Assembly: GCA_051362555.1 (NCBI GenBank)
Contig: CM120645.1
Coordinates: forward strand, 620,001-684,000
DNA: 64,000 nt
Direction: 5' to 3'
DNA from: Lingula anatina
Taxonomy: Eukaryota; Animalia; Brachiopoda
Shown here: positions 40,801-55,800 of the stretch, one piece after another
Position numbering within the stretch: position 1 is the first letter of the stretch
Layout of the letters: every line of letters starts with the position of its first letter
Notes under the pieces: generated by a model
Database searches by the model: none
Seen by the model: only the letters and a program-made list of their open reading frames with translations
What the model was told of the DNA's origin: nothing
Program-made: the position numbers and the translations under genes

Positions 40801-43800
40801 ACAGCGTCGCGCGTGCAGCGGATTATGTATATAGTGACGCTATACAGCTACAGGTAAATGCAGTTAAATCTGTGAAAGCTGTTACTTAATTTATTCTGCT
40901 GTGTCGGACGTTGTGGGCCAGCCCAATGGTTCATTCACTCATTCTTTTCTGAAGATTGGTGATGCATATTTCGAATGCTTAATTATTTGCCCTCCTTCTT
41001 ACAAGAGAAAGGAAAAAGGGAGAGAAACGGAGACAGTGTCAAATAAAAAGGGTAAAGAGTAATATAATACATTAATCTTGGACCTAAATAGAGAAGGACA
41101 AGTAACGCGGAGAAAGATCAAAGGATAATCGGCTTAGCGCGAGCTCTTCGCGAAACGATGTGCGTTCGGATCACGTGACCTCCCGTACAGGTAGCGAGCA
41201 TATCGCGGCTGTTGATGACTTTTTGTGTCATTTGGACAGGTAGCTGGTGATAACGCGAGGAAAACGTTCGGGTGGATGAGTCAAGACACTTATAGAGATA
41301 AAATGTAAGTACAATTTCTTTTGCTATTTTGGATGCTAGATGAGAATAAGGTATGTTTGTTCATGGAGGAATTCAAAATGCCCAATATGGTGAAGGCAAT
41401 CGTGTTTGTTGCCGTAAAATGAGTGTTTAAAATTGTACAACTGCGGTGTCGAATACTTGTCTTTAGCTATGATCCGATAGAAAAATATTTCTAGTCTCGA
41501 AATTTTACCTCTATGTAAAGAATTAGCCTTAGATGCGGCAATAATTTAACCTCAAATCGTGTTTTGAATTAAAATGACGCAATTCCTCTCCGATTTATTC
41601 GACTCGCCGACATCGTTTTAGGTCTGGTATTATTTACGTACGGTTTAGATAAAGGTGTCATCAACACCGCTGTGTACTATATGTATAGGTTTATGTTACT
41701 TGCTTAAGTGAGCCCGAATTATGGAATGATAATTAATATTTTTAACTCTTAATATGGGCTCTCGTTGCAACATGGCACCACACATGCAATTGTGACACAC
41801 AAAAACGCACCTGTGATCCTTTTAATATCCTTTTATCAAAGTTGACATTAACACTGCTCTGAAGTATATATATATTTACACATTACCGGCTACAGTCAGC
41901 TCCGGTCTGAGAATGATAATTATTATTTTGATAACTCTCAATATGGGCTATCATTGCAATATGGCACAACACATGCAATTATGACACACAAAAACGCACC
42001 TGTGATCCTTTTAATATCTTTTTATCAAAGTTGACATTAACACTGATCGAAAGTATATATATATTTACACATTACCGGCTACAGTCAGCTCCAGTCTGAG
42101 AATGATAATTATTATTTTTTTAACTCTTAATATGGGCTATCATTGCAATATGGCACCACCCATGCAATTGTGACACACAAAAACGCACCTGTGGGCCTTT
42201 TAATATCCTTTTATCAAAGTTGACATTAACTCTACTCTGAAGTATATATGTATATTCACATGACCGGCTAAAGTCTTCTCCAGTTTGAGAATAATAATTA
42301 TTAGTTTTTCATTTTTAAATTGGATTCCCTAAACAGAATAAAGACGATTGACAAACACCCTCATTGGTCTTATAGTGAAAGTGTATATGTGGACATGTAC
42401 ACATGCAAAGTTCATGATTATATTTACTCGGGTAATGGTCATAAAAGTAGATCTTGATCACATTTGTGATAAGAGTCTCACCTCTGTAATTGCCTTGCTA
42501 CATTGCATTATCTTGTTATCAGGTGCTTGAAATCTTTGAAATAATCCTGAGACATGCCTTTGGATAGCACCTAGCTGGCTTTATCAAATCATCAAAGGGC
42601 CAGACGGCTTTGTTACCTGGCTGATAATGATCTAGAAAGTCCATGCCTAACAAGGGAAGTAAATTTAACTAGAGCCTAGTAGAGGGAAAATCTACCTGAC
42701 AGGTAGAATCTTGAGATGCATTTGATAAGGCTTACCTGTGGCTCAAATGTCCAAGTAGAAGTAAAAAAGGCAATTGCCATTTATAGTAGTTTGTGATAAA
42801 AACATTCTTATTCTCTTCCAGATTCTCTCCACAAGATGCCGGAAAGTTAAAATTGGACAATGCACCATTACCCAAGAGGAGACTCACTAATTAAACATTT
42901 GGACAGTAATTCACATAGGTCAATGAGAAATTAGTTTATACCTTTTATAAATAAGTTAATACTACTTGGATACAAATAGGAAAGAACTCCAACAAGCATT
43001 TTAAAATTTTAATGTTTACTTTTTTAATAATAAATATTGGAATGTACTCAAGTTGTTTTATATTTCCTATCTTATAATGAAAAAAAAATCAAATGTAAAA
43101 AACATGGATTATATGTTTAGACAGTTTTTTCTTGCTTGATTGAAATTGCATATTCAATTACCTCAGAATACACTAACTACAGGTTTAAAAAATCTGATCC
43201 TGATAAAATTCATACTCACATTTGACATTGACCCTCTTGCAGTGATATGCGTCTTATTTGTCAAATCTTTTATTATTTAAAGTTGTGTAAAAAAAAGGAA
43301 GTGAAAAGAAATAAAAAGAAGATTTTTATATCAAATATATGCATTTTTTTATCTCACGGACAGGAAAAGACAGCAGGTATTGCAAACAAACTTCACAACC
43401 CGTTTTTATAAGGTAACGGGGGAAAAATGCCGAAAACCCCTCAATAAATTTCCACGTGTTGACGGAAACCTGTGTGCTCGCAACTGCAAGATGGTGGCAA
43501 TGCTGTATCATAGCAACCACGAGGGACTGCGAGAAATTGCGTTATCAATGCAGAGAAACAATAGAAATGCACTGAAGCACAGCGCGCGCTACCTTAATAA
43601 TAAGCTGTTCAGACGCCCGTGGAGCTATCAAAACAGATTATGTGAGACAATGGGCGAATGTTTACCCGAACGCACATAGCTTCAAAGGAAGATGCCGCGT
43701 TACTTGTCCTTCTCTATTTAGGTCCAAGCATTAATTAAAGGGACTCGAGGTGGAAGAAACGATAGACTGTTTTGCATCAAGGTAGGCAATTATAATCCCA

Positions 43801-46800
43801 CATGGCCATCGCATATACGGCCGTAGTTTAAATACATTACTCATAGTTGTATTTAATTACATTATTTTGCTGAATAGACATACATTTAAAAGTTGGTCTT
43901 TCAGGAAATCGTTTTGTTTGAAATAACACACACGACAGAGGTAAAATCACATATAAATTTATTTTGAAATAAAATGTTTCGCTAGATCTTGTTAACACTC
44001 AGCGAAATGCACCTAGTGATTATATTCAATGTGCCATCATTTAATTGCTTTCTCGGTTTCATTAATGGACGATAATAATTGCAGTAAGCAAGAAGGAGGA
44101 AATACTGAAGACAAAACAACGCCGTAGGTATGTGTGACTTTCTCCCTTAACATTTTCTATGATGCTGTCAAAGAAAAAGGAACCGAGATAGCGATCATTT
44201 AAACCGCTGCTGTTTACAGGTGGACTTCTTCGTTTACCATTTAAATGCCCCCCTCCCCCAGCAGACCCAACTTGAGGAATGCCATTGTAGCTACAGTACA
44301 CTGTATATCAAACTTCGGTCCAAGTTATGAAATGTTTAAGCACAAAACGATAATTTGAGGGTATTTTTTCATTCAAGACAAAATTCAATAACTATGATGT
44401 GTGACAAAAGAGACTTTATAAAGCTTTACGTGTACTTAGATATATTCCAGTAACCTATGGAGATAGGCTAGCGACGTAATTGTAACCTCAACAGGCAGTG
44501 TCCCCGATGAAAGCAAGCACCACAATAAACACTGAAAGGCGGGGTACAAAAATTAACTTTTTTAAATATCGATTACAACATGCTGTACAATGACTGAGTC
44601 GTGAAAGGGGTTTTGGACTTCTTTGCGTTAAAAACAAATTCATTTCGAAATCAAAAGAGCATTTTTTGGGGGGCGCGTGGGGGGGATAAATAGTAACTCA
44701 TTCCGTAATCCTTCCTGAACATTTATTTAATCGTATCAGAACGTTTGATACACAATGTTCACTAGTGTCATAATTTTGGCGATGTATTAAAACCATAATT
44801 GTACAAAGTAGGTTAGCATAAGTTAGGCAACAACCAGTGTGAAGAATAACTCCCTTTTTAAGTGAGGCAAGACAACCTATTCAAACTGATTATAACCTTG
44901 ATAAAGACACAAGGTAAAGGAGTTATGTAAACTAGCGTGTGAAAACACATTCTTTGTCAGTGTTACAAGACAATGGAGGCGACCAAGTGGGGTAATTACA
45001 ATATACCCCTGTACAGTCAAAGAGAAATTTGTTATGAAAGCTTACATCGGGTCAGCCCTTAATTTGCTTGTCCGAAAGAAAGAGATAGATGTCGCAACGC
45101 GAATCCTTTTATTAACCCTTCATGAGTTTGTGTAAAAGTGTGAAAGACAGGCCACGATCTCGAGTCGCTGTTGATATTGTTCGCAATTAATATTGGAGTA
45201 TACCGCCTACATGTAAACATCAGACAAGGCGTTGAGATTGATAAAAGTGCAGGTTTATCTGAAAAATTAGATGCCATTTTTGTGATATGACTTATTAAGT
45301 GATGTGCATGTACCGAACATGTTTAAATTCTTGATTTTTATTATTTGAAACATCTTCATACACGGCCTCATATTTATATTTCTCTCAGGCCATACTCATT
45401 TTATTGTATAACATGGGACTCTAAAGCACAGGACATTGTGAAAGTTAATTGGCTACAGAGACTTGTTATCCTTTATGCAGTTTTATAGCGTGGATAAACT
45501 AGAAACAGGCTTTACTTAGCTTTACTTAATTTACAAAAATTTAAACAAAATCAATCTGCAAGGCTTGCTTTGACTTGATGTTAACCTAACACTGGTTTTA
45601 AAAGGAGAAATATAAATATGTTGGATGGATTAAATCACCGACACCGTTCTATTTTAACTTAACGTGGTCATATACACAGTAACACAGATAATATTTATAA
45701 GTTGTCTGTCGTTCAGCACGCATTATAGGCGAGTAGCCAAACAGTGACGATGATCAATCCAAGTAAAATCTAGGCAAGTATTGTTTACAAAATAGATCAT
45801 GATGAATAAACCTACGCTTTAATAAATAATTACCACACGGTTCTGTTTTTGTCTCTTAAAAAACTTTCGTTTAAAGACGCTCAATGATATCAAAAATGAT
45901 TCGACGCTTTAAAAATGGACCGGTTCAAGGGGCATTTTTTGTTTCAGCTAGGGACTTCAGGTAGAGGATTCAGTGTAGGTGTTTCCTCGGATGATAACAG
46001 CATCACACCCTAGGTCTAAGCGAGTTGACTAGAAGCTTTTTGTCCAAGCATCCTATTCCTACTACTAAACTAATAACTCTAAACCACAAAGGTTTGTGCG
46101 GTAAAAATATTTAAACTAAATGAGGTGCATTGACAGAGGCACAAGTACAATCCAACGCCAACGTGCAACAGGGGAAAGTCTGACAGTGAATTACATAATA
46201 TATGAAAGTGCGGTCAATATTAACAGTGTAAGACATCAGTTAAAGAGGAGGGGGTCTTACTATCTTTTGTTAAACGCGACTGTTATTATCTCTCGAACAA
46301 GCTTAAACCATGCCTTATACAATTACTGTGTCTCCGGCTGTCGTGCAGAAACGGCATGTCGAACATATTTTGCTACAGTTACAAACAGGGAAAACTAGCG
46401 ACTTAGTTGTTCTAGATCGCTCTAGTAAGAAAGCATAAGTGCGGCGCCCGGGCAAAACAATCAACTACCCGGTATAACATTCATATCTTAGCGTTTACAT
46501 ATGACGCGCAAAGAGCTAAGCAATTAGCCTTGACAAAGTGGTCCGTTTTTAAACAACAACGAGAAAAAAGAACACCTTGTCACAGTTATGAGACAAATCG
46601 CTTGCAACGTGCAACAAGGGGGATGGCTGACAGTGTGGTCACACTACATGTTTATGAAAGTACGTTGAATTAACAGTCTTCGACATCGCCCAAAGAGGAG
46701 GGACTTACTGTAGCCCTCAATCTATTGTTAAACGCGATCATTATCTTTTCTCATACAACCTTAAACAAAACCTAAACAATAAGATTGTTAAATCAGATAA

Positions 46801-49800
46801 GTGATGTAAAATCATATTGGAAATTTACGTTGACGACGGAGACTTCCATTCGCAAAGTTAATGAAACAAGACTGGTCCAAGTTAACTGCCCATATTGAAT
46901 AAATCTTGGACTGTTAAACCTAAAGCCATGCTTCACTTTGGTAATAGTTATTTAGTAAGCTAGGTTTATTCACATATATCACAAAGCATAAGGGCGTTAT
47001 GCTGCAAACAACCCATTTTGAACGCAATCGTCATCGCTGCCGTACAACCTGAAATCATGCCTATACAATATTAGGAGATGCACGTCGAGTAAAAGATTCA
47101 ACACCTGGGTGCCCAGCACTATTATGAAAAGGAAAAATGACTTGACGTTTCATGCACAATCATCATGCATGCGCAATATGCTGCATGCGCAGTCGATTTT
47201 TATCAAAATAAAAAGTGTGTTTCATACAAGCAAAATCTAACTTTCCTTTATAACTGTTACTGAACAGCGAAGAGTTACATAAACCCAGTTATAAAATTAC
47301 AAATGAAATTATGAGGCTAATTTCTCTAATGTGGAATGAAATATTTTGTTGGCTTTCAAATGATATGACACTCACTTTAATCTTAAAAGAAGTTAGTTAA
47401 TGTGCTCGTTCCCCTAACGCGCGTGCCAAAAGGTCCCATCAAATAACCAGATACACATCTGTCTATACTGGTAACTAGTGAAAATCTATCTGTGGCTTTT
47501 GATAATGGGTAGACACTCACCGCGTTAGTTGCGACAATGATTATTTCTTCACAGCGATTTATTCATTTAATTATTAAATCATAATATATTTATTAAATTA
47601 TTTGAAATAATTTACCTTTTTTAATGATTTATACCATCTAATTTTTATCTTTTTTATTTGATTCTTAATGTCATCAAATTATTTACTTAATTCTTTAAAT
47701 AATTTATTTATTTATCAAGCCTGTAGCCAGCAATTTCAAAAGGGGGGGGGGGGGGTCTTTTTCTGAAAAAGTGGACCTTTTACCGAAAAATCCCCATGTA
47801 CTTTATGTCCAGTGAAACGTCTGACGAGGAATATGATAGAAGTGGGAAACTAAAAGTAGGTAACTGAATCGGCATAACATGTGCCCATGCGATATTCATT
47901 AAATTTCGGGACATTGCGTCCGCCTATGTCATCAGGTGACTGGAGATTCTACACGCAAGGACCCTTAATTTCTTTGTGCAGTCGCAGTGACCGCTATCGG
48001 AGCAAACAAGCGACTCCTGGATAAAGAACATATTGTCAACTGCAACTGCTAAATAGCTAGAGAAACTAAAACTTACCGCATCCATGTAACAGTCAGCAAT
48101 TTGTACTGTTGATCCTTGCTTGAAGTTGTGCAGAATCTGTCACTGTACGCTTCAACAGATCGAGTGAACTGCTGGAAAGTTCTCATAGAGGTAAAATGAA
48201 ATTTTTTGAACTGAAGATTTCAGTTGCAGATTTGAGATAACTTGTAGCTTAATTGTATCATGCTCGTGAACAGAATGAATCAAGCAAAATGAGGCCAGGC
48301 AGTGATGCCCCATGGTATAAGTAGCACCAGGCTGCAGGCCTGTTTATTTATTTATTCATTTATTTTTTTTTTTATTAAGATTTTCTATTATTATCCTTTT
48401 ACGGATTCGCTCTATTATTTTATATAAAATGTAACTTAATGTAGTAATTGAGGCAACACGCCAGCTTGTAATGTGAATAAATTGTTTTAATATTGTTTCT
48501 TTGTTATTTCTTTAATATTGTTTCTTTGTTATTTCTACCCGCACGAAAATGCAGTAGTATCGAAGTAGCAAAAAAGCATTAACGCGGTAGTGGTGTGGAG
48601 CATATTTGCAGTAGAAATGCAGTATAGCCTACTGCAATTCTACTTCAAAAATTACATAGGGTTGTACAGAGGAGGAGCATTAATGCAGTAGATTAGCAGC
48701 ATGATAGAAACATGTTTCAAATATGCTAATTAGCTCCCCTATCGAAGCAGATTTTAAGCATGTTTGCAGTATGATTGCAGTAGTCTACTGCGCTGGAGTA
48801 TCTACTTCGTTTTTGTGCGGGTAAACAGTAATCTATTTTTACACAGGTCGCGATGATGACAATTTGTGTACGGAGCATCTTTAAACTTTTTGAGACGGGG
48901 TGATTTGTTGATCATGCTGATGTACGATGTTGATGCATGTTTATCAAATTCAATTTTTGACTACAGAACACTTCATATTGAATTAAATAACTGATACTAA
49001 ATTAAACTAGCAGTTATCTTGCAACACTTAAAACATGATCAGCTGCGCGTGCCAAGCTAGTGAACATAAGGATAGGTGGCCACGGGAGTGGCACGCGTTA
49101 GCATGGGTTCTAGCATCTTAAAGCTATAATCCTATCGCCGCAACAAACAATGGGCACCTTCTGGCTGATGTATCCTGCTGTTAATTACACCTAGTCACAG
49201 CGGATTGTCGCGCTCGCGCTGGACCACAGAAACAGGCGTCATGGGGTTCACTCGCCTAAGGTATTGTGTGTTATTACGTCAAACTATTGTGTTTTTGCGT
49301 TCGAATTTTGAAGGGATTAGACGGCTTTCCATTGTTTGTCCGCCCCCTTCTATTCACAGGATAGGGATTAAAACATTCTGACGCTTTTAAAACGTCGTAC
49401 AACGGAAACATAATTATTATTTCTACTGTATATGCCGAAAAAAGTGAAAAAACAGCATAAATTCCCTATAAGTGACCCGATCATGCTGATTTTCGAACTT
49501 GACCTGCGTATTATGAACATTCATCAGTTCTGTAAGTTTCAAGCCAAAAGGTAAAATGGTTTTCCACTTATCGTGTTATCGGTGCTGCATACAGTGGTCG
49601 GAATAATTTTGTTTCCGTTGTACACCGGTGTGACCACGTTCGAAATGTTTTAATCCCTATCTTGTGAATAGAAGGGGGCGGACAAACAATGGAGGGCCGT
49701 ATAAATCCCTTCAAAATTCGAACGCACAAACACAATAGCTTAGGTGGAATAACATAATACTTAATACGTGTGAACCCCATGACGCCGGTTTCTGTGGCCC

Positions 49801-52800
49801 AGCGCGAGCGTGACAATCCGCTGTAACTAGGTGTAATTAACAGCAGGATACATCAGCCAGAAGGTCCCTATTGTTTGTTGCGGTGATAGGATTATAGCTT
49901 GAAGAGGCTAAACCCATGCTAAGGCGTGCCACGCGAAGAGAACTGTCCTTTTGTTCACTAGTTTGGCACGCGCAGCTGGTTTTTAGTGTTGCTAACAAAC
50001 TGCTAGTTAAATTTATCAGTTATTTCATCCTATATGAAATTTCCGCAGTCAAAAATTGAACTAATTATTGTTTGTTTGGTTGAAATGCATGAGCGTCAGC
50101 ATCAATCTGTCTCAAAAAATTCCTATTGCATTAATTTATAAATGTATAATTTATTTATGTACTTACGTTTTAATGTGAAATATCTGCATTCAAGCGTTCA
50201 AGTATTTATAAAACATGAATGATAATGAAAGAGGAATAAGGAAATAACATATTACTTATATTATGCTTATATTATAATATTGGAATTAAATGAGGTGCAT
50301 TGACATAGGCGCAATGACAATCCAACTACAACGTGCAACAGGGGGAAGTCTGGCTGTATGATCATACAATATACGAAAGTACGGTCAATTAAAAGTGTAA
50401 ATCATCAGTTAAATAGGAGGGGGTCTTACTATGGTCGCTTTCTATTGTTAAACCCGACTGTTATTGTCTCTCGAACAAGCTTAAAGCATGCCTATACAAT
50501 TACTGTGTCTCCGGCTGCCGTTCAGAAACACCATGTCGAACGTATTTTGCTACAGTGAGAAACATGGTACACTAGCGACTTGTTTTAGATCACTCAAGAA
50601 AGGATGCATACGTGCGACACCAGAGGAAAAACAATCAAGTATGCGTCTGATCCATTAATAGTAATTGCACAGTGCATGTTACTAGACCTTTGTCCTAACT
50701 CAGTAGTTAGGAATAGGATGTTTGGATAAAAAGCTTCTATTCAACTCGCTTAGACCTAAGATCTAATAAACAGAAAGATTGGACACTCGGCGATTCTTCA
50801 AAGGGTAATCCGATTAACTGTGGAAAGACGTTCGTACGGCGGAAGTAGTCAGTCGCGTTGTGATCGTGCGCAGGTAGAGCTCTGTTGCATGTGGGCGATT
50901 TCAAGGTAGGTAAATTACCTCTTTTAGTCTTGTAGTTTCCATGAGAATGTTTGTGCAGAAGGGAAAACTAACAGTGTTCACTTGTGTGTAAAATATGCAA
51001 TATTTTGGAGCAGATATTATCGTGAAAATTTGCCTTCAATCCGTTGTTGCATTCAAATTAGCAATATGGCGACAGACAAGCGAGTTTGAATGCTTTAATT
51101 GTTACCTAAGGTCTAACACGAGGAGTTTAACTTTATGTACGTTGGTTTTTATATTACTGATGACTGAATAACACTGTCGTTTTATTGGTTGATAATTTAA
51201 TTTATAGTAGCTTCGTTTTCTATGAAAATTTAAACAATACTTCGGGCAATAAAGCAAAATGGCGGTGCTGATCATAATCGCCGGGGTTAAAATGCACAGC
51301 CGAACACGAAAGTGGATCTAAACAATGCGTTGGCAGTTTAACTGTGTCCATCTAAACAAGTAGTGGAAGGTCGTAGGGTCAAACTTAGCTAAAATTTAGC
51401 TTTTTTTCTTAAGAATATTTAACGGTAAAAATGACAATAACACAAGATGGCGGCGACTTTTGTTATCGATGGGCTTCAAATGCATAGCCGAACACGAAAT
51501 TAGATCTGTACTATGCATTGACAGTTAAACTGTGTTCATCTAAAAAAGTAGAAGAAGGTCGTAGGGTCAAACTTAGCTAAACTTAAGCTTTTTTTCTTAT
51601 GAATATTTAACGGTAAAGATGACAATAAAACAAGATGGCGGCGACTTTTGTTATCGATGGGCTTCAAATGCACAGCCGAACACGAAATTAGATATGTACT
51701 ATGCATTGGCAGTTAACCTGTGTTCATCTAAAAAAGTAGTGGAAGGTCGTAGGGTCAAACTTAGCTCAAATTTAGTTTTTTTTCTTGGAAATATTTATCG
51801 GTAAAGATGACAATAAAACAAGATGGCGGGGACTACAACTGGTGATATTTTTATCCAGGATTTATACCTAAGTAATGAGAAGATTGCGTCAAATTGTGCC
51901 TCACATCCTTATTATTATTATTTTTTGTTTTGTTTTGTTTTCAGATGCCATTAAAATGGGTCAAGGCCCGCAGGAGAAAAAATAAAGAGCAAAATCAAAA
52001 GGTAAGCTTTCTGGTCTATAACTAGGACTTTTTAGTTTATGGAGTTGAAAGTAAAATGTCTTACATACATGGGCACTATCAATCTGTCCCTTGTGTGTCA
52101 TCATCAGTAAGATATTTCCACTGTACCGACAACATTATTACAAGTATCGGATTTCCACTGTACCAACAACATTATTACCAGTATCGGATACAAAAAGGCA
52201 GGTGCAATCACCACAGTGGATTGAGTGGAATTATACAAATGACAAATAATAAGAGACTAGCACATGTCAGAACCTTTTTAACAGTAAAATATTATTTTAT
52301 TATTTCGGGTGAATGTCATAATGCAAGTGTTGCAGATGATTTAGATGCACCACTGTCAAGTTTGCAAAGTGATTGTAAACAATCAAAAAGACACACAGAT
52401 GTATTAAATAAGCAAAATGGTAAGCTGCCCGAAATTAATTATTTAATTTTTGCTCGATAGTTTTTCAAGTGCACGAAAAGCTAGGTCAGTGTTGTCCGTA
52501 CAGTGGACTTTAACATTACATGAGCAATTAACACGTCAGCATCTTTTTAACTGTGTGATAATATTTTTTTCAGATATATGTTGCAATGTAAGTGATTCTG
52601 ATGACGACGTACCTCTGTCAAGTTAACTCGGTGCTACTCAAGAACCTGACAGGCACATTGATATTTCAGCAAATGGACCACCTTGAAACTAGCCATATGT
52701 TGTTCTTCATGAAAAACAAATATATCACTATAAATTGTCTCCCTTCTGTCAACTCTGAAGTTTAGTTTACTGTCAAGTCTAGGTTGGAATTAGTCAGTAG

Positions 52801-55800
52801 TGCTCTTAGCAATAGATAAATATTATCATCACGTGCATAATTTTTATTGAATGAGATATTAATGTTGAAACAAGTCAAAATAGGGGGAAAATGCTATAAT
52901 TCTTTGTCATGTGAAACTAGTACTCCTAAATAAATAACCTATCTGTTGTGATTGTGTAACAGTCAGTGGTATCTAAAGGTGTTAACATTTTTATTTGCAT
53001 TTCAATATCTGTGCCTTATTAAATCTATAATAAAATGCTTATGGACAGAATATGGATTGTATTATGTTACTATATCAGCCAGAAATGAATGATCAGTTTT
53101 AAATGCTGAATCTGATGAAATATTGATAATTTTAGCAATCACCTTTTATTTAGTCATTTTTAGTGAGATGGCAAACAAAATTGTTACACATATTATTCTT
53201 CCAATACATTCTGTGGAAGATGTTCAAAAGACATATGTTTCAAAACAGATTTTGCAGAGTTTAAAAATATGTGCATGATTATGAAGTCACAAGGAAACTA
53301 TATTGCATGTGTTCTTTATAAATATGAAAAAACGAGTTTACTTTTATTTGATTGTCAGTATAAAGATATGTCTTACCTTTCACTATCATTATGAAGTAGG
53401 TTCCCAAATTAGTGTTTGTGAAAGTGAAATTAAAAACTACTTTTTCTTTAAGGATTTTTTTTTCAGTCCATTTTGTTTCACTGATTTGCTACGAATATTC
53501 TGGTGAATTTGAATTGATTATGCTCTAAAGGAATGACCGCCAGTAGTGACAAAGTTTTACAAACATGCATAATAGATCAAGTTTCTGTTTTGGTGTAGCT
53601 TCACCATTCAGTTTTCTCCCAGTGATTAGCATGACCTTATTGTCCAAAACGGCATCGAATATCACTATCTGTTACGTTGATGATCTCGTCACGTTTCCGG
53701 CTATATCTCCACGTTGAGTCAATTTCTATAAAATGGCAGCTGTTGTTACAGGTAGTGCGCTATTGGGTATTGCCTCCTCTGAATATAAAATATTAAGACA
53801 ACTACGAAATGTAAACAAACTGTACATCTTTAGAACTTTTTAATAAAAAAACTCCACGTGTGCCATTGCTTATCCAATATGGCGGATCTACTTGACGACG
53901 ATATGGCGTCCGCGAGAATGCACGAGAAATCACGCTATTAGCTAAACACGGGTTAGGTACAATGGGGATTAAAATTAAGCCCGGCTATCAAAACAACTTA
54001 AGGGGAACAATAGAGCAATGTTTACCCGTACGCACGTCTGGTCAAAGGGAAAATGCCGCTGTCCAATCTTTCTGTTTATTAGATCTTAGGTCTAAGCGAG
54101 TTGAATAGAAGCTTTTTATCCAAACATCCTATTCCTAACTACTGAGTTAGGACAAAGGTCTAGTAACATGCACTGTGCAATTACTATTAATGGATCAGAC
54201 GCATACTTGATTGTTTTTCCTCTGGTGTCGCACGTATGCATCCTTTCTTGAGTGATCTGTTTATTAGATCTTAGCTTAGACCTAGGGCGTGATGCTATCA
54301 TCCGATGAAACACGTAACTGCACCCTCTACCTGAACCTGAAGTCCCTTTATCTGAAACAAAAACTGCCCCTTGAACATGTCCATTTTTTAATCGTCAAAT
54401 GATTTGTGATTTCATTGAACGTCTTTGATCGAAAGCTTTCAAGTGACAATAACCGAACCATGTGTTGATTATTTATTAAAGCGTAATTAAGTTTATTCAA
54501 CATGATCTATTTTGTAAACGATACTTGCCAAGATTGAGCTTGGATTGATCACCGTCACTATTTAGCTACTCGCCTATAATGCGTGCTGAACGACAGACAA
54601 CTTAAAAATATTATCTGTGTAACTGTGCAAATGCAAATGTTAAAATATAACAAAGCCGGCATCTAATCCATCGAACATATTTATATTTGTTCTTTTTAAA
54701 CCAGTGTAAGGGTAACGCCAAATCAAAGCAAGCCTTGCAGACTGGTTTTGTTTAAACTGTCGTGCATCAAGTAAAGCTAAGTAAAGCCTGTTTCTACTTC
54801 GCAGTGTTCATCCCAGCCATAAAACTGCATGAAGGATAACATGACTCCGTAGACCTGTGCTTCAGGTTTCCAGGAGTCCCGTGTAACACAATAATATCGA
54901 AGGCCTGAGAGTAATACATATATGAGGCCGTGTATGAAAGATTTAACAAATTAGAAATTCAAGAATTTAAACATGCTAGGTACATGCACATCACTTAATA
55001 AGTCATTTCACAAAAATCGCATCTAATTGTTTAGATTAACCTTTACTTTTATCGATCTCATCCCATTGTCTCAACCACCTAAAAGAAATATAGAGAACAT
55101 GAGGAAAAGTAACACGTTTACATGCAGGCGAAGGAGTTATACTTCAATATTAATCGCGAACAATATCAACAGCGACTAAAGACCGTTGCCTGTCTTTCAC
55201 ACTTTTACACAAACACACGAAGGTTTAATAAAGGGAGTCGCGGCGCGATATCTACAGGTATCTCTTTCATTCGAACAAGCAAAGGGCTGACCCGAAGTAA
55301 GCTTTCTATACTAATGTCCTTTTTATTGTGTATTGTAATTACTCTACTTGCTCGCCTCCATTGTCTTATAAAAGTGACAAAGACTGTGTTGTATTCACAC
55401 ACGAGATGAAAGAACTCCTTTACCTTAAGTTGCATAATGTCTTTCTCAAGGTTATAATCAGTGTGAAGAGGGTGTCTTGCCTCATTTAAAAAGGGTGTTG
55501 TTCTTCATACTGGTTGTTGCTTAACTTATGCTAATCTTAAACTTTTATGTACCAATATGGTTTTAATAAATCGCTAAAATTATTAATTTAATGAACATTG
55601 TGTATCAAACGTTTTGATACGATTTAAATAAATGGACGAGGAGGATTACGGTATTAGGTTCTATTTACCTCTGGCTTTAACTTCGCCCTGCTATATAAAT
55701 GAACAAATGTTGCAGATCGTAACAAAAAACTTTCTTATAGTGTTTTATGACATATATGATTTACACATTTGATAGTGAAACACTCCTCGACTTTAACGAA

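Larger units (their letters stand above)
40572..49428. mobile_element. Unclassified non-coding element X (TA TSD, CAG...CTG ends)
   Basis: Flanked by gctgtaTA|...|TAtatgcc of the satellite; inverted homolog of element Y. Confidence 0.75.
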
